Positions 1 to 12,390 of a stretch of DNA of 35,402 nucleotides are shown here, in pieces. Under the pieces are notes generated by a model. The model was not told the DNA's origin, made no database searches, and saw only the letters and a list, made by a program, of their open reading frames with translations. Where the stretch lies: contig UYFQ01000361.1 in assembly GCA_900617105.1 (NCBI GenBank), positions 1 through 35,402 of the forward strand. Direction: 5' to 3'. Both the position numbers and the translations under genes were made by a program. Numbering within the stretch: position 1 is the first letter of the stretch; each line of letters starts with the position of its first letter. Source of the stretch: Hydrurus foetidus. Its lineage: Eukaryota.

Positions 1-175
1 ACACATCACATCACATCTCAACACTGGCCACAACACATCACATCACATCACAACACAACACAACACAACACAACACAACACAACACAACACAACACACCA
101 CAACACATCACATCACAACACAACACAACACATCACATCACATCACATCACATCACAACACAGCACAACACACAA
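1..175. repeat. Pentanucleotide microsatellite (CACAT/CACAA)n, probably intronic
   Basis: About 35 tandem CACAT/CACAA units, upstream of the acceptor at 448-449. Confidence 0.95.
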
Positions 176-449
176 GCTCACCGTGCTACATCGCATCGTA
201 TCATTTTATTTTACTTAATTTCGCACCATATAATGTCATATAACATCATGTTATGTTGCATCATGGTGTATTGTGCCATGTGACACTTCTTGATCTTTAT
301 TATGGATCTCAGCATCTAATCGTGTTCTAACTACTCATCAACTTGTAGATTTCATCATCCTCGCATCACAATCCTTCTATGTATACTCATGCCACAATCA
401 CAACCTCTCCGTTTTCCATGACTGTAAAATCGAAATATTTGACATGCAG

Positions 450-2213
450 GTGTACGATAAGTCTAACGGAGGATGTACGTACTATGTCAACTGTCGTACG
501 GGACAGACCTCGTGGGAGAAACCGGTTGAAGTGGGCAGGAGCGAGCTGCCAGAACCGGTCTACCGCTGGTACAGAATGTCGCACCAATTCGAAGGTGCGA
601 CTTGATCCATCTGTTCAAAGAAATGTTACAAGGAAAAATATTCAAATTAAATCAATCGTATTCTTTTATTGATCAATTTGTCCGAAGCTGATATTGTTAA
701 ACTTGACATCTTTTACAGATAATTTTACTTTGCAAAGACTTCACGATTTAGTTTATCTTGTCTGATGTCATTTGCCCAAATTCCCAGTTACAATGGATCG
801 AACAAAAGTCACTCAAGTCCTCCACATTAAGTGTATTCTATGTTCAATATATTCTACACTTGACATGACTCCCTTACCCTACCAGGTGTAGAGAAGGAAC
901 AGTTCCTGAATCCTTACACGGGCATGTACTCTCTGCTGAGCGTGCACGCCGCAGTGCGGAAGATCCAAGGTCTGGCGAGAAGGGCGCTGCTGAGAGCTGT
1001 CCGTCTGTCCGTGCGCAACCTGAAGAAAGTCATTCGCATCCATACTGATGCGTCTTCCAGATACACAGTGTTGGAGGAATGGGAACAGAGAGGGGGAGGG
1101 GGAGGGAGGGAAGAAGGGGAAGGTAGGGAAGATAGGAAAGAAGGGAGGGGGGAAGGGGAATGGTCGAGGACGGGACTGTTGGGCCCGGTCATCAACCTTG
1201 CGATGTCCATGCAGATCCTGGATCTAGAAGAATCTAGATGTGAGGGGGTGTACAAACGGGCGTTAGACTTGTCGGAGTCCAGTCCTCTCGTGTGCCGTGC
1301 GTACGCGATCTTCCTCATCAGTACGTGCAAGGCCCCTGTACAGCGGAGCAGAGAGCGAGCTTTGCAGCACATAGCTGCCAGCACTATTATTGATGAGCGT
1401 TGCACTAAATTCGAGACAGCTCTGTGCATGTACGAGTACGCATGCGTCCTGCATCCTAGGGACTACCGACCATTTCTCAACTTGGCCCTCGTGGACATCC
1501 TTGTTTACAGGAACATGAAGAGGGGGGAGAAGATGCTCAGACGGGCTTTAGCCTTTGACCCCTTCAACCCCCGCGTGATGGCCCTATGGAGATATCTAGA
1601 GAGCAAGTTCAGCGACTCAAAGTGCCTTGGCTACCCTCTCTCAAGAATCGCAATGGCTGCATCTGGCAGTGTTGGTGTTGGTGGTGATAACTTTGAGATA
1701 AAAGAGCTCCATATTGGTGGTAAAATGCGTCTGTTACACGGCTTCCTTGTCGTGGACAATGTGGGGTGGGCTGGGTGGTGCTATTGTTCCGATCAGAGCA
1801 ATCCCCATCTTATTCCTAACGACAAAAACAACAAGAACAAGATAAAGAACACGAGCAGTTTCGAGATGGAATTGGAGCATAGCACCAATATCGATGAAAT
1901 TGATACCAATATTCATGTTGACAGTGACATCATCCATACGGCTGACACCACACCTTCTCGAGGTGCCATTATTCCTATCAACGAAAACACGGATTACAGC
2001 CAACTTCCGTGTGTCATCCATACGGATTATTCTATTTGGTACAATCCAGCTGACGGAACGAAACGAACACAAAAACCGAATTTTAAAACACAATTTGAAA
2101 TCCGTAAACAACGAAGTTTTTTCGAAAAATCAAAAGGAGGGTTGGAAAATTATTTCGACCCGCTCACAAATTCTCATTTTCAATATCATCCAATATCGGA
2201 TTCGTACAGTTAG
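450..2213 (+). CDS. 3' part of a WW-domain / IQ-motif / TPR-like protein (5'-partial; exons 450-594 and 886-2213)
   Basis: Exon 450-594 after gcag reads VYDKSNGGCTYYVNCRTGQTSWEKP (WW signature YYxNxxTGxTxWExP). The phase-1 intron 595-885 (GT..AG) splices in frame into the 924-2213 ORF. IQ-like AVRKIQGLARRALLR; TPR-like EKMLRRALAFDPFN; further WW-like WYNPADGT near the C-terminus. Confidence 0.7.
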
Positions 2214-2956
2214 AGTCACTGCTTGATGTGAAACGCTACACGGTAATGGTGCAGTGCGGTGCGTGTTCACGTTACTGCAATAGCTCCAATCAATATTTCA
2301 AAATAATTGATTCCGTCATACTCATGACTTACCTTGTAAGTAACTTTACTTCTTTTCATTGCGTGCATTATCTGCTCTTTCCACAGCAATCGTTGACAGT
2401 ACCATTTATCCGTTGCCGTCACTGTAATGTAATAATGCACTGTACTAAACTGCACGCGCATTCATAGCACCTTCAAACTCAACTCTCCTTTCTAATCTTT
2501 TCATTTCTGTCGGTGCATGATTTGCACCGTATCTTTATTTGCACCGTACCCTTTTTATTATTATTACAATTTATAATGATGATTTGTACCGTAAAGGAGC
2601 GGCCTTTTATGCCGGACCTCTCGGCCTTCGATAATGCTTTGAAGAGAGGAGGCAACTTGGAGAAGGATTCTATCGAGAGGAGCATGTTCGGTGTGATTTA
2701 AATGGATTTCAATTTTGAATTTGATTGAAATTTTTTGGTACAATCGCATTTTTTAGGACTCGGTTGCATGCTAATGACACTATTGCAAGACAAGACATCC
2801 AAGTTCCGCATTCTGCGCGCTACAGCGCTCTCTAAAACTCAATCCTCTAAAATTAGTACAAATTCATTAAATTTGGCAACAATTATAATTTAATAGTACG
2901 AGTACGGTTTATTCTAGTAGGTCATTATATTTGCCCGAATCAGAATCTTCAATCTA

Positions 2957-3627
2957 TTGTGCCGGTCATAACTATACGACGGAGCCGCAAATAAAAACGA
3001 TTTTTTTTTGCGGAACAGTCCCCAAAAACGGATTTTGAGACAAAAAGAAGATTATTTTCACGGTTTCGAAATAAAAATCGTTAAAAAATTGAAAATCTGT
3101 GGATTGTTCCGCAAAAAAAAAGGTGCCCCCAAAAAAGTCGTCGTATACCGTCGAGTGCCCTATGTTTTATTTTTTAGGTGGACATAAGGAACCCATTTTT
3201 CACTGAGAATCACGGATTTACCTTTTTTGGAAAATGTCCGGATTTCCACCTATCTTCATCAATATTGCGATTCAAGACCGCAAAATATGATTTTCGGATT
3301 CAGCATGATTTTTTAAGCAGACAGAGATCCCAAAATATTGTCTTTGGAAGAAAATCGATGAAGTGCAGCTGTCCAAAGTGGCGAAGGTTGAAAAATCAGC
3401 CGCTTATAACTATTTTCCAACTTATTGATAGCAAAATGTAAATTGAGCAGAATGCGCAGATAAGCCAGCGCATTAATCAGAGCTTTCGAGCGGCACGATT
3501 GGATTCGTAAAAGTGCATAATTTAGCCAAAAAACATCCAAAAAAGCAGTAAAAGTTGATATTTTCCGAACACGGAAATAAAAGAAAGGGCACTCGACCCT
3601 GCTCGACGGTAGATATGACCGGCACAA
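2957..3627. mobile_element. Non-autonomous DNA transposon (MITE) with ~45-50 bp TIRs and TA target duplication, Tc1/mariner-type; left TIR interrupted by a second MITE
   Basis: Left end TTGTGCCGGTCATAAC[TA..insert..TA]CCGTCGAGTGCCCTATGTTTTATTT (2957-3172) matches the reverse complement of 3575-3627 apart from a 10-bp indel and a few mismatches. TA at 2955-2956 and 3628-3629. No transposase ORF. Confidence 0.75.
2975..3145. mobile_element. 171-bp MITE nested in the left TIR of the outer element
   Basis: Termini TACGACG...CGTCGTA, flanked by TA at 2973-2974 and 3146-3147. Subterminal inverted repeat TTTTTTTTTGCGGAACAGTCC (3001-3021) / GGATTGTTCCGCAAAAAAAAA (3101-3121), 20/21 match. Confidence 0.8.
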
Positions 3628-3920
3628 TAACGATATAATTCAAAGCAAGTCAAAAAGACGCTTCTTTCTGCGACAGTATCCAAAGAGGTTGACCTCGAGC
3701 AGATCCACCTGCCGCTGTTGGACACGCTTCTTGCAGTTCGGCAAAGAGAAGAGATGGACTAGTTGCGTCGTAATGACGCCAAGATATTCCAGTAGTTTCA
3801 TCGTGTGAGATCTGAGGATATCTTATGCACCGATGTCGAAAAATCTTGAAGCAAACTTGTGAAGTGCCCTGACCTCCGCTTTTCGGACCATCGGCAGAAG
3901 TTGACGATCAACGATTCACC

Positions 3921-6554
3921 ATGAAATTTGGAAAGCAACTTCAGTTGGGCACTTATGAGCCTTGGAGCCTGTATGTAAGTTCTTGCTAGATTCGTTTTCT
4001 TTCCTACAATCGTGAATCTTCCAATAACATGCGAACTAATGAAAGAGCGCATCTTGAATCTGCTGATGCAGTACATACAATACAGCAAGTTGAAGAGAAT
4101 TATAAAGAGGAAAAGATTTATCGCAGATAGAGACGAAGCAATTGCAGATGCGGAATTTAGCAGCAGTGGAAGAAAATCAGCAACTAGTTCGAGCAAGAAT
4201 CCCGCCGGAGAATATACGCCACTGGAATCAAACAGCAAATTATATGGCAGCTACGAGAATGAGACTCCATCCTTCTCAGTCCCGCGTTTCGGGAACGATG
4301 ATGAATCGGACTCAGATTTCTTCAAAGTCATCCTTTCCGAAATTGAGAAAGTCAATAAATTTTTCTTAGGGTACGATTGAAATGCCGTCTGTCCTTTAAC
4401 AGTATCTATCACTATTCGCGCTAAAACAGTGCAATTTACGATCGCTTATTTATTCCCAGAAAACTTGCCGCGCTTAGGATTGCTCTCGAGGGCATTACCA
4501 GAAAAAGAAGGAACGCTTATCGCAGCCACCACACAAGTGGAGAACCCACAGACTTGGCTACTCTGAAGAACATCTATGTCGAGCTTGCAGCTTTGCGTTC
4601 ATACTGTGACTTGAATCAGACGGGATTCTACAAGATAATAAAGAAGTACGACAAGGTCATGGAGGTGAGTTCAGTCATTCTGAGTTCAGTTCAGTTCAGT
4701 TCAATTCACTTGAAAGCATGTAGCCATCTTGAAGGAACAAATAGAGAGATAGACAGAAAGAGATACTGCATTGTGATTTAATCAGCAATACCGATCAGCA
4801 GCACTCATTCACTACATCGCACTGCATCGAACTGAATTGCATTCAATTGAATTGCCTTAGGAGGAGACACTCGAGGTGTGGATCAGGACGATTGACTCGC
4901 AGCCGTTCGCCACCACCCCAGAGCCTCTCCAGCTCATGGACGTGGTGACCAGCCTCGTCAGCAGAGCGCAACTCATCGAGTGGGGTGAGTTGCACTTGAA
5001 CAACACTACCTCACTCCAATTGAATCGGTTGCAATGTATACCGCTCTGCTTTGTTGTCTTATGTTGTGTTGCGCTGTTTAACTTGCAGAGAGGTTCGCTA
5101 CGGAGGAGCACATGAAGTCTTCGGAAGATATATTCCCAGCTGTCAGAGGGAGAGGGTTGCTCATCTCCGTGTGTGTGTTCGCAGTGTCCATCGCAATGCC
5201 CTCCATCACCCCTGACAACAAGGCGGCAAGTCGCTGCCTCTCTCTGCTGCTCTTGATAGTGTGTCTATGGATCACTGAGGCTATTCCCTACTTCTCTACG
5301 GCTTTACTCGTGCCCCCTCTAGTCACATTTATGGGGGTGCTCAGGGACAGTACAGACGCGAAAGCAGTGCTTCCCGCCAATCTAGCTGCTGCATTTGTGC
5401 TGGAACATGTCTTCAACCACACCACCATGCTGCTGCTGGGCGGTTACACAATATCCAGTGCTTTCTCTCGATGTCAGCTAGAGCTGCGACTGGCATCTTG
5501 GCTGCAAGTTTTGCTTGGGCAGAATCCTAGACTGTTTATCTTGGCGGTGATGCTGCTTGGACTGTTCTTGTCCATGTGGATCAGCAACCACACAGCACCC
5601 ATATTGTGCGCAACAATCATTATGCCTATTGTGAGGGACCTCCCCACTGACTCCCGCTTCTCCAAGGCCCTTCTCCTAGGACTCGCATTCGCATGCAACT
5701 TCGGAGGAATGATGACTCCCATATCCAGTCTACAGAACGCTCTTGCAGTGTCATACTTGGAGCAAGCGGGGATCATGGTGTCATTCGGAACGTGGATTGC
5801 AGTGGCTCTTCCCTTCTCATTGGTGTGCACTCTGCTGTGCTGGATGCTCATCATCGCGGTGGAGAACCCTGATGATGTCTCCTCCATACCGGTGATAGTC
5901 TACGAGAGAAGCAGCGTTATCGGTAAGAGAAACGCGACTGTCATGGTGGTGTCTCTGACGACCATCCTGCTCTTCGCCACGTCATCTCTCACGAGTCACA
6001 TCTTCGGAGACATCGCCATCATCTCTCTCTGTTTCGTTGCCCTCATGTTCGGGTCGGGGATGCTGTCAGAGGTGGACTTCAACTCACTCTCCTGGCACAC
6101 ACTCATCCTAGTGGGGGGCGGCAACGTGCTGGGCAAGGCGGTGGAGTCATCCGGATTGCTGACGTACCTCACAGAGGGGATCGCTGCGTCCCTCCCCTCG
6201 GGGGAGCCCTTCTTGGCGCTACTCTATATCCTGCTGTTCTGCGGGTGCATCGCCACCTTTGTGTCGCATACCGTGGCGTCCATCATCCTCATGCCCGCCA
6301 TAGCGCGCATAGGGGTGTCCATGCACATGCCAGAAGTGGTGGTCATCGGATCGGCCTTCGCAGTGTCTGCAGCGATGGCGCTGCCTTTCTCCTCCTTTCC
6401 TAACGTCAATTCCCTGCTCATCCTCGATGACTTTCAGAGGCCCTACTTGAAGGTCCCTGACTTTGTGAAGACCGGTCTACCGATGTCTCTCATTACAATT
6501 TTGTTAATTGCAACTCTAGGCTCCTCTCTCGTGAATGTCATCATCGTCAATTGA
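3921..6554 (+). CDS. SPX-domain SLC13/DASS-family phosphate transporter (Pho87/Pho90/Pho91-like), ~715 aa; exons 3921-3974, 4072-4370, 4460-4664, 4861-4984, 5089-6554
   Basis: SPX start MKFGKQL..EPWSLYYIQYSKLKRIIK and lysine cluster LNQTGFYKIIKKYDK. All four introns are GT-AG and frame-consistent (2148 nt in total). The membrane domain has SLC13 motifs WITEAIP, SMWISNHTA, ACNFGGMMTPISS, FVSHTVAS and ALPFSSFPN. Confidence 0.93.
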
Positions 6555-6947
6555 AACAGATAGACTGTTTCACACACGCGCTGATCGCTGCTTAGATTCT
6601 CAAACTGATCATGCAGTGAAACTCTGTCTGAGTAGGCGATGTGGCGGACCCATGGAGAATGGGAGCATGCGCACTTCTGTTTACTTCGATATTTGCTGTC
6701 AAAAATATCCTCGCTCTTGCTTGTATCACGAATAGATAAACATGCGTGATAACGTGACTTTATATGTAATGTCCCTAATATTTACAACTGAATTGCCCAT
6801 AAAACATGATTCATTCATCAAATAATTTTTCACCTCAATGCAAATTGCCATGAAAATGAAACAAAGGTGTGTAGAATTAAATACGATGCTGCGAAGACAT
6901 CCCTTGCACACAGATTCCTGGTCACAAAAAACACTCAAAACTTATCC

Positions 6948-7565
6948 TTACTCGATCTTCTCCAATTCTGCCAGTCTTCGCAAAATAACTTTTTTGTTTG
7001 TTTCTTGGACTTCTCCCGCCAAAATAAACTCGTCCAGTATGGCATAAACTTTGTTAAAGTGGAAAACGATGTCCAGCTGATGCGCAGGAGTAGCAAGAAC
7101 GGATTTTTGTGTTAAGATTAGTTTTCAACAAGTAGGACACACTGAATGCAGATACGCAGAGTGACTGATTACCTCACAGACATTACTGAAGTATTCATCG
7201 AGAAGTTCGACAAATAAATGGACAGTTTCCATTAGTAGCAATTCGTTGTCAGTAACGTCGACCCCGTACACGAAATAGAGCCCCGCATAGCGTCTATAAA
7301 TGAGTTTGAAACTCCGGTACTGCAGGAAGGTTACAACATTTCTGTTAGAGCCTGAATTTGCTACCATGACATCACCAGTGACCTACACATCTCATTTTAT
7401 TGCGACAACCTCGACGAAGTTGGTGTTACCACGCGCACGTAAAGATACAACACGATGAATGTCAGCCTCCATCTTGATTCTTTCGCTATCTTCAGGGGCT
7501 GTTGCATACCACTTTGACAGCCTTGTTTTCCCTTGTTTGTTCTGAAGGAGAAAGAACCTTATCAT
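6948..7565 (-). CDS. AP2S1: AP-2 clathrin adaptor complex sigma subunit, 143 aa; exons 7565-7410, 7319-7173, 7076-6948
   Basis: Spliced product [20 protein letters not shown]...[21 protein letters not shown]...[30 protein letters not shown] matches the sigma-2 signature ([23 protein letters not shown]). Two phase-0 GT-AG introns. Confidence 0.92.
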
Positions 7566-8047
7566 TTTTCAGTTGAAATTTTTGCCTCTCGCGATATCAC
7601 TAAAGAGGACCTTTCTTTTGAATGGCTGAAGACGCAACAGTGCAGCAAGAAGTGCCACAGGTTGTGTGGAAACTGTCATTCATAAAGCATAGAAGTTTCC
7701 AGGTTATTTTTGAAACTGTTCGAGAGAGGTATTATGAATGATGAATTTTAGCAGCTAATTTTCTTAAAAAAGAGCACAACGGTGGTACTGTGCCCTACAT
7801 GAACAACAACACGAACAACAACTTCTTCTTCATTGAACATTGAACATCATACTTTTGTGATCAAATTCCACACTTCGTACAAGCGCAATCATCACGAGGT
7901 CACCATCAGCTCTGTCGACCAACGTTGAGTGAAATCTGAAATATTTATGATTCAACCTGTGGCTATTTGAAACTACTAGTTGGTAGCGTGAGTTGCTCGG
8001 CGGGGAAATCTTTGTGAACTCAAATTGGGTACCAGAGACTTCGAGTG

Positions 8048-11000
8048 ATGAACGATGAAATCGAGAGCGACTTCATAGCATTTGCACCTGATTCGCCATT
8101 ATTCGGAATCAAGGCAAATGACTCACATCACAACACACTGTTGTTGTCTGAGTTTTTGGTTTCAATAGTCTCAAAAATGAAGGATTTATGCGACAGTCTA
8201 AAACACACAGCTGCTACTGGAAGTGCATTGGCGTCGCAAATGCAGGGAGTGGGAATAGGTGGTTCAACTAAATACTCCGGGTGTGTGTCACCTATTATCA
8301 AACATTTTGGGGGCATTTTGGGTGGAATCTCGTCCTCACAGGAAATTCTTGCTGAATGCCTCGAAAATGCGTTTATTAGACCACTAGAACACTTCAATGT
8401 GACCGAAGTTTTAAAGATCACTGTACTACAGCAGCAATTTAAGAAAGATCGACAGCAAAATGATGAGAACATATCAAGGTACCTTCAAAGTGATATTTCG
8501 GGCACTTTTACAATGACAAGATCCATGAATCAAGCTCTTCTGAGCATGAAAGCTCTTGAAGTCGTGCAGCATCGGAAGAAGTTTGAAGTCGCTAGATTCG
8601 ACTTTGTGAGGGCAGTCAATGCAGTCCAAGCTCAGAAGAACTTTGAGATTGCAGAAGCGTGCATCAATGTATTGTTCGCCCTGCGCAGCCACCACAGGGA
8701 ATCTTCTGAGAGACTGAATTCCTCCAGCTCCATGATAAACGATATGAGCGAACAGCAATTCAAGGCGAGGAATAAATTCAATCTATCAGCTCTGCCTATC
8801 GATAGCATGCGCAGCAACATGATGTCTGTGCTGGACACAATGATAGAGAGGGTGGAAACGCAGCTACCGCAACACGCCTCCATCACCTCCATTAACCCAT
8901 CGGAAAGCTTTCAATACATCGACCAGACAAATCAGCCCTCTGACTACTCCTCTCTTGGCCTTGTCGGCTCTGATCTGAATGTGTCAGCGGCTGCCAGCCA
9001 GGCGATATCTCGACTGGGCTCCATGGGGGCTAGCTTCATCGGTAGCTTCCAGGGCTCGAAACCGTTTCACATATTGGGCAGTGCGTCTGAGGACCAGGAC
9101 AGGAGACAGCCAGTGCCGGATAAGAGCACTCTGGCTTCTGCAGCAGTGTTTTCTGACGTTGAGATGAGAATGAAGGCGCTCGACAGACATCAGCTGGAGC
9201 CCTTCTACGCACCACACAGCATGGAAGAATACAGTGGATTAATCAAACAGGTGCGACATTGAAACTGTTGAAGAACATTCTATGCCTGTTGTAATGCATT
9301 GATGAGTCAGCATCCCTGCATTTACAGAATCTTGCAATATCAAATTCCATTTTAACATAGTGTAATGGACTCTCGTTTAGTCTAATCTTTTGTGATTGAA
9401 TTTAATTGCATGAAGCTTCTATGAGACAAGAGGAGAGGAACCTGTTCATTCCTTCTTGTCCATCCTATTGCATTCTTATCTTAACTCATTTTATCTTATC
9501 TTATCTTATCTTATCCTCCTTTTTTAATTTAATTTTACCTTATCTTATCTCACCTTATCTTGTTTATTCTAATCTTGTCTTATTCACCTCCTTCCATCGA
9601 CCAGGGCTATCTACTTGAGAGGAGTTCAGCAAAACTGCTAGTGCAGCACACGTGGAACAGGGAGTGGTTTGTCCTGGACGACACAAAGTTGTACGTCATC
9701 AAGGAGAAAGAAAGAGACTGGGTCAGCTCTCTAGACGCTCAGGTGCAGTCCAGTCACTTTATCGCTTGTAGCCCATATGATGCAGTGCAGTGTGATTCAG
9801 CATAGTGCAGTGCAGTGCAGTGTAGTATAGTATAGTGTAGTGTAGTGCAATGCAATATAGAATATTGCACAAAACATTGCAGTGTAGTGCGGTACTGTGT
9901 AGTACAATGCAGTGTAATGTAGTGTGGTGCAATGTAGTGTGGTGCAATGTAGTGTCGTGCAGTACAGTGTGGTGCGGTCTATTTTTAGCGATGACGTCTA
10001 TTAGTTGTTGCAGCGCCATGCCCTAGAGCGACACTGGTCACAGTGCCGCATATTGCTTCAACTTGCACGCATCAACCACACACACAGTGAGGCCGACATT
10101 GTCATCCTGTCCACCAAACCCAGAACCCCTCCTACTTGTCTCTTACGACAGTAAAGTGCTGACATCTGTTGTGCATCTCAATCATCGTTTGTATTCTTTT
10201 CTCTCAGGTGGTGTGCGAGACCATGCTCGCCTCTGTGCGGGAGCTGAAGAACTTCGAAGTGCCCTTTGTCTTCGAGATATCCTACGCCAACAAGAGTTCC
10301 CACACCTTGCAAGCAGAGGGGCATCGCGAGTACGACTCTTGGGTAGGGGCAATACGGCACGCCATTGAGAAGAGACTGGTGGGGGACTCCTCCTCTTCAT
10401 TCCCTGCTCTGCTGGGCAACAACAGCAGCAGCGCCTCTGACTCCTCCTCCTCCATCGCTGCAACTCGCGCCATTCAGAACAGGCTACTCAACGCTGATAT
10501 CGTGAAGCGCATTTTAGAGGGCAGTCCGGAGTGCGCGGAGTGCAGCAGGCCGGACCCGGAGTGGGTCTCCCTCAACCTGGGCTGTCTCGTGTGCATAGAG
10601 TGCTCAGGCGTGCACCGGTCAGTCGCTGTCTGGTGTACTGCACCTCATGCATCCATCACCGCTTTAGAGAAGAAGACGCGCCGCATTGTGAAGAACCGTT
10701 ATGCGTGATGCGCATCTACAGAACAGCCTCACTCCACTGACCACACTTGTTCTGTTCTATTCTGTTCTATTCTGTCTTCATACGTCATTCTCCTCCCTTT
10801 TCTTCACACTTCGTTTCCATTCCCTTCCTCTCCCTCCCCTTGAGCAGATCCCTGGGTGTCCACGTGAGCAAGATGCGGTCGCTCACACTGGACGATCTGG
10901 ATCCAGAGGAATACGACATGCTCAGCCGAGTCGGTAAGTGACTTTCTCAATACGCCCCCAACCCATGTTAGCGCTTGCTTGATTGATGGATTAAACCTTC

Positions 11001-12390
11001 TGAGACAGAATCTGAACGATTCGCATTATCCCTACCATAGCGTTGTCCCACTCACTATCAGATCGCCACTCTTGCAGGCAATCATCTTGCGAACTCTGTG
11101 TGGGAGCCGTGTGTGTCCCCTGCAGGTCCGAAGAAGCCCAGACCGCATGACTCGTACGCAGTGAGGGAGCGGTTCATACGCGCCAAGTACGAGCAGAAGC
11201 TCTTCCTCCGTCCCTCTTACTCGTCTAGTGTCACAGTGCCCACAGCTACCACCAATGCTATTAAGGCTGATAGCGGAGCAGTGATAGAGGGTGAGAGTGG
11301 GACATCAATCACTGCTGATGAGGCACTGCGCTGTGCCTGCAGAACTGATGACGCGCTATCCGCTCTGAGAGCCATCGCACACGGGGCAGATATACGCACT
11401 GCAGTGCACAGCACCTTCATGTCTCCAGCTAGTAAGGGACTCACCCCACAGGCTCCTTCCTCTAGCTCGAAGATCCCATCTGCTTCTGTTTCTGCTCTTC
11501 CCACGCCACCCCCACCCAAGACCCCTCCCAATAAACGGACCCCATCCGTCCCCAGTGCACCCCTTGGGGTTTTATCCGGCCCCTCCACCATGCCAGGTGC
11601 TGTATCAGAGGAGCCGGATAACACGGAGTGCAGTCCTCTTCACTTAGCTGTATGTAGCGGGTCCTGTGCATGTGTGGTGCTGTTGCTCTTGAGTGGGGCC
11701 GATCCGTACCACAGCTCGGTCACACAGACCCTTCCTCTCTCTCTCCACTCCGCTAACAGAGCAACAGGTGTTCCCTCTGGGGCTCCCACTCTAGTGGCAG
11801 TTGCTGAGGCAGCAGGGCACAAAGGAATTGCAGACTATCTGCACCGCAAGCTGGATGTCATAGCTCCAATCAAATCCACCCCCTCCACAGCACCCACCCC
11901 AATCCCTGCCGCCCCTGCTGATAGCCCTATAATCGAATCAGAAGATGTACCAATTGAGTCTCCGCTTGCAGAGGGGTGTGACGGTGATTCCGGTCTGTTC
12001 TCCATAATCCTTCCTCCCACCCTAGAGGGAGAGGGCACTGTGTCTCCGGACCGTGTCCCTTCGGGGGATGGAATCACAGGTCCAGGTTCCTGCATGGACA
12101 CTGATCCTTCGAAGGAATGCGACTCACTCCCCACTACCACCTCCACTCCTGACATGATCGCAACAGAGGATGTACTTGAACTGGACACTCGCAGTCTTGA
12201 CGATAATGCTGTCTTCGAAGATCTTGTGGGACAGAAAAATAGAGGGAAAGATGGGAACGAGGAATTGGCTGTAGCTGCTGAGACGGCTCCTGTTAGATTC
12301 GTTAAAGGTCCAACAGAAAGCGAGCCGGAGGACGAGTTGGACGACTTTTTTGAAGCGCTCATGAAGGACTTCCCAGCCGCCAAGAGCTGA
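8048..12390 (+). CDS. ACAP/centaurin-beta-like ArfGAP (BAR-PH-ArfGAP-ankyrin), ~1049 aa; exons 8048-9250, 9605-9742, 10208-10617, 10848-10933, 11078-12390
   Basis: Helical BAR-like N-terminus. PH domain QGYLLERS..WNREWFVL..FEIS..LQAE..WVGAI. Canonical ArfGAP finger CAEC-x16-CIECSGVHRSLGVHVSKMRSLTLD, then GNHLANSVWE and RERFIRAKY. Ankyrin-like SPLHLAV..LLLLSGADP. Splice phases are consistent (3150 nt). Confidence 0.9.
9463..9585. repeat. Degenerate pentamer repeat (TCTTA)n in intron 1 of the ArfGAP gene
   Basis: ttatcttatcttatcttatcttatc core with 5-nt-periodic flanks. Confidence 0.85.
9781..9978. repeat. Degenerate pentamer repeat (TGCAG/TGTAG)n in intron 2 of the ArfGAP gene
   Basis: About 200 bp of TRYAG-type units. 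Confidence 0.9.

Noticed and set aside
9759..10019. His/Thr/Leu-repeat ORF
   Set aside because: Translation of an intronic pentamer repeat.
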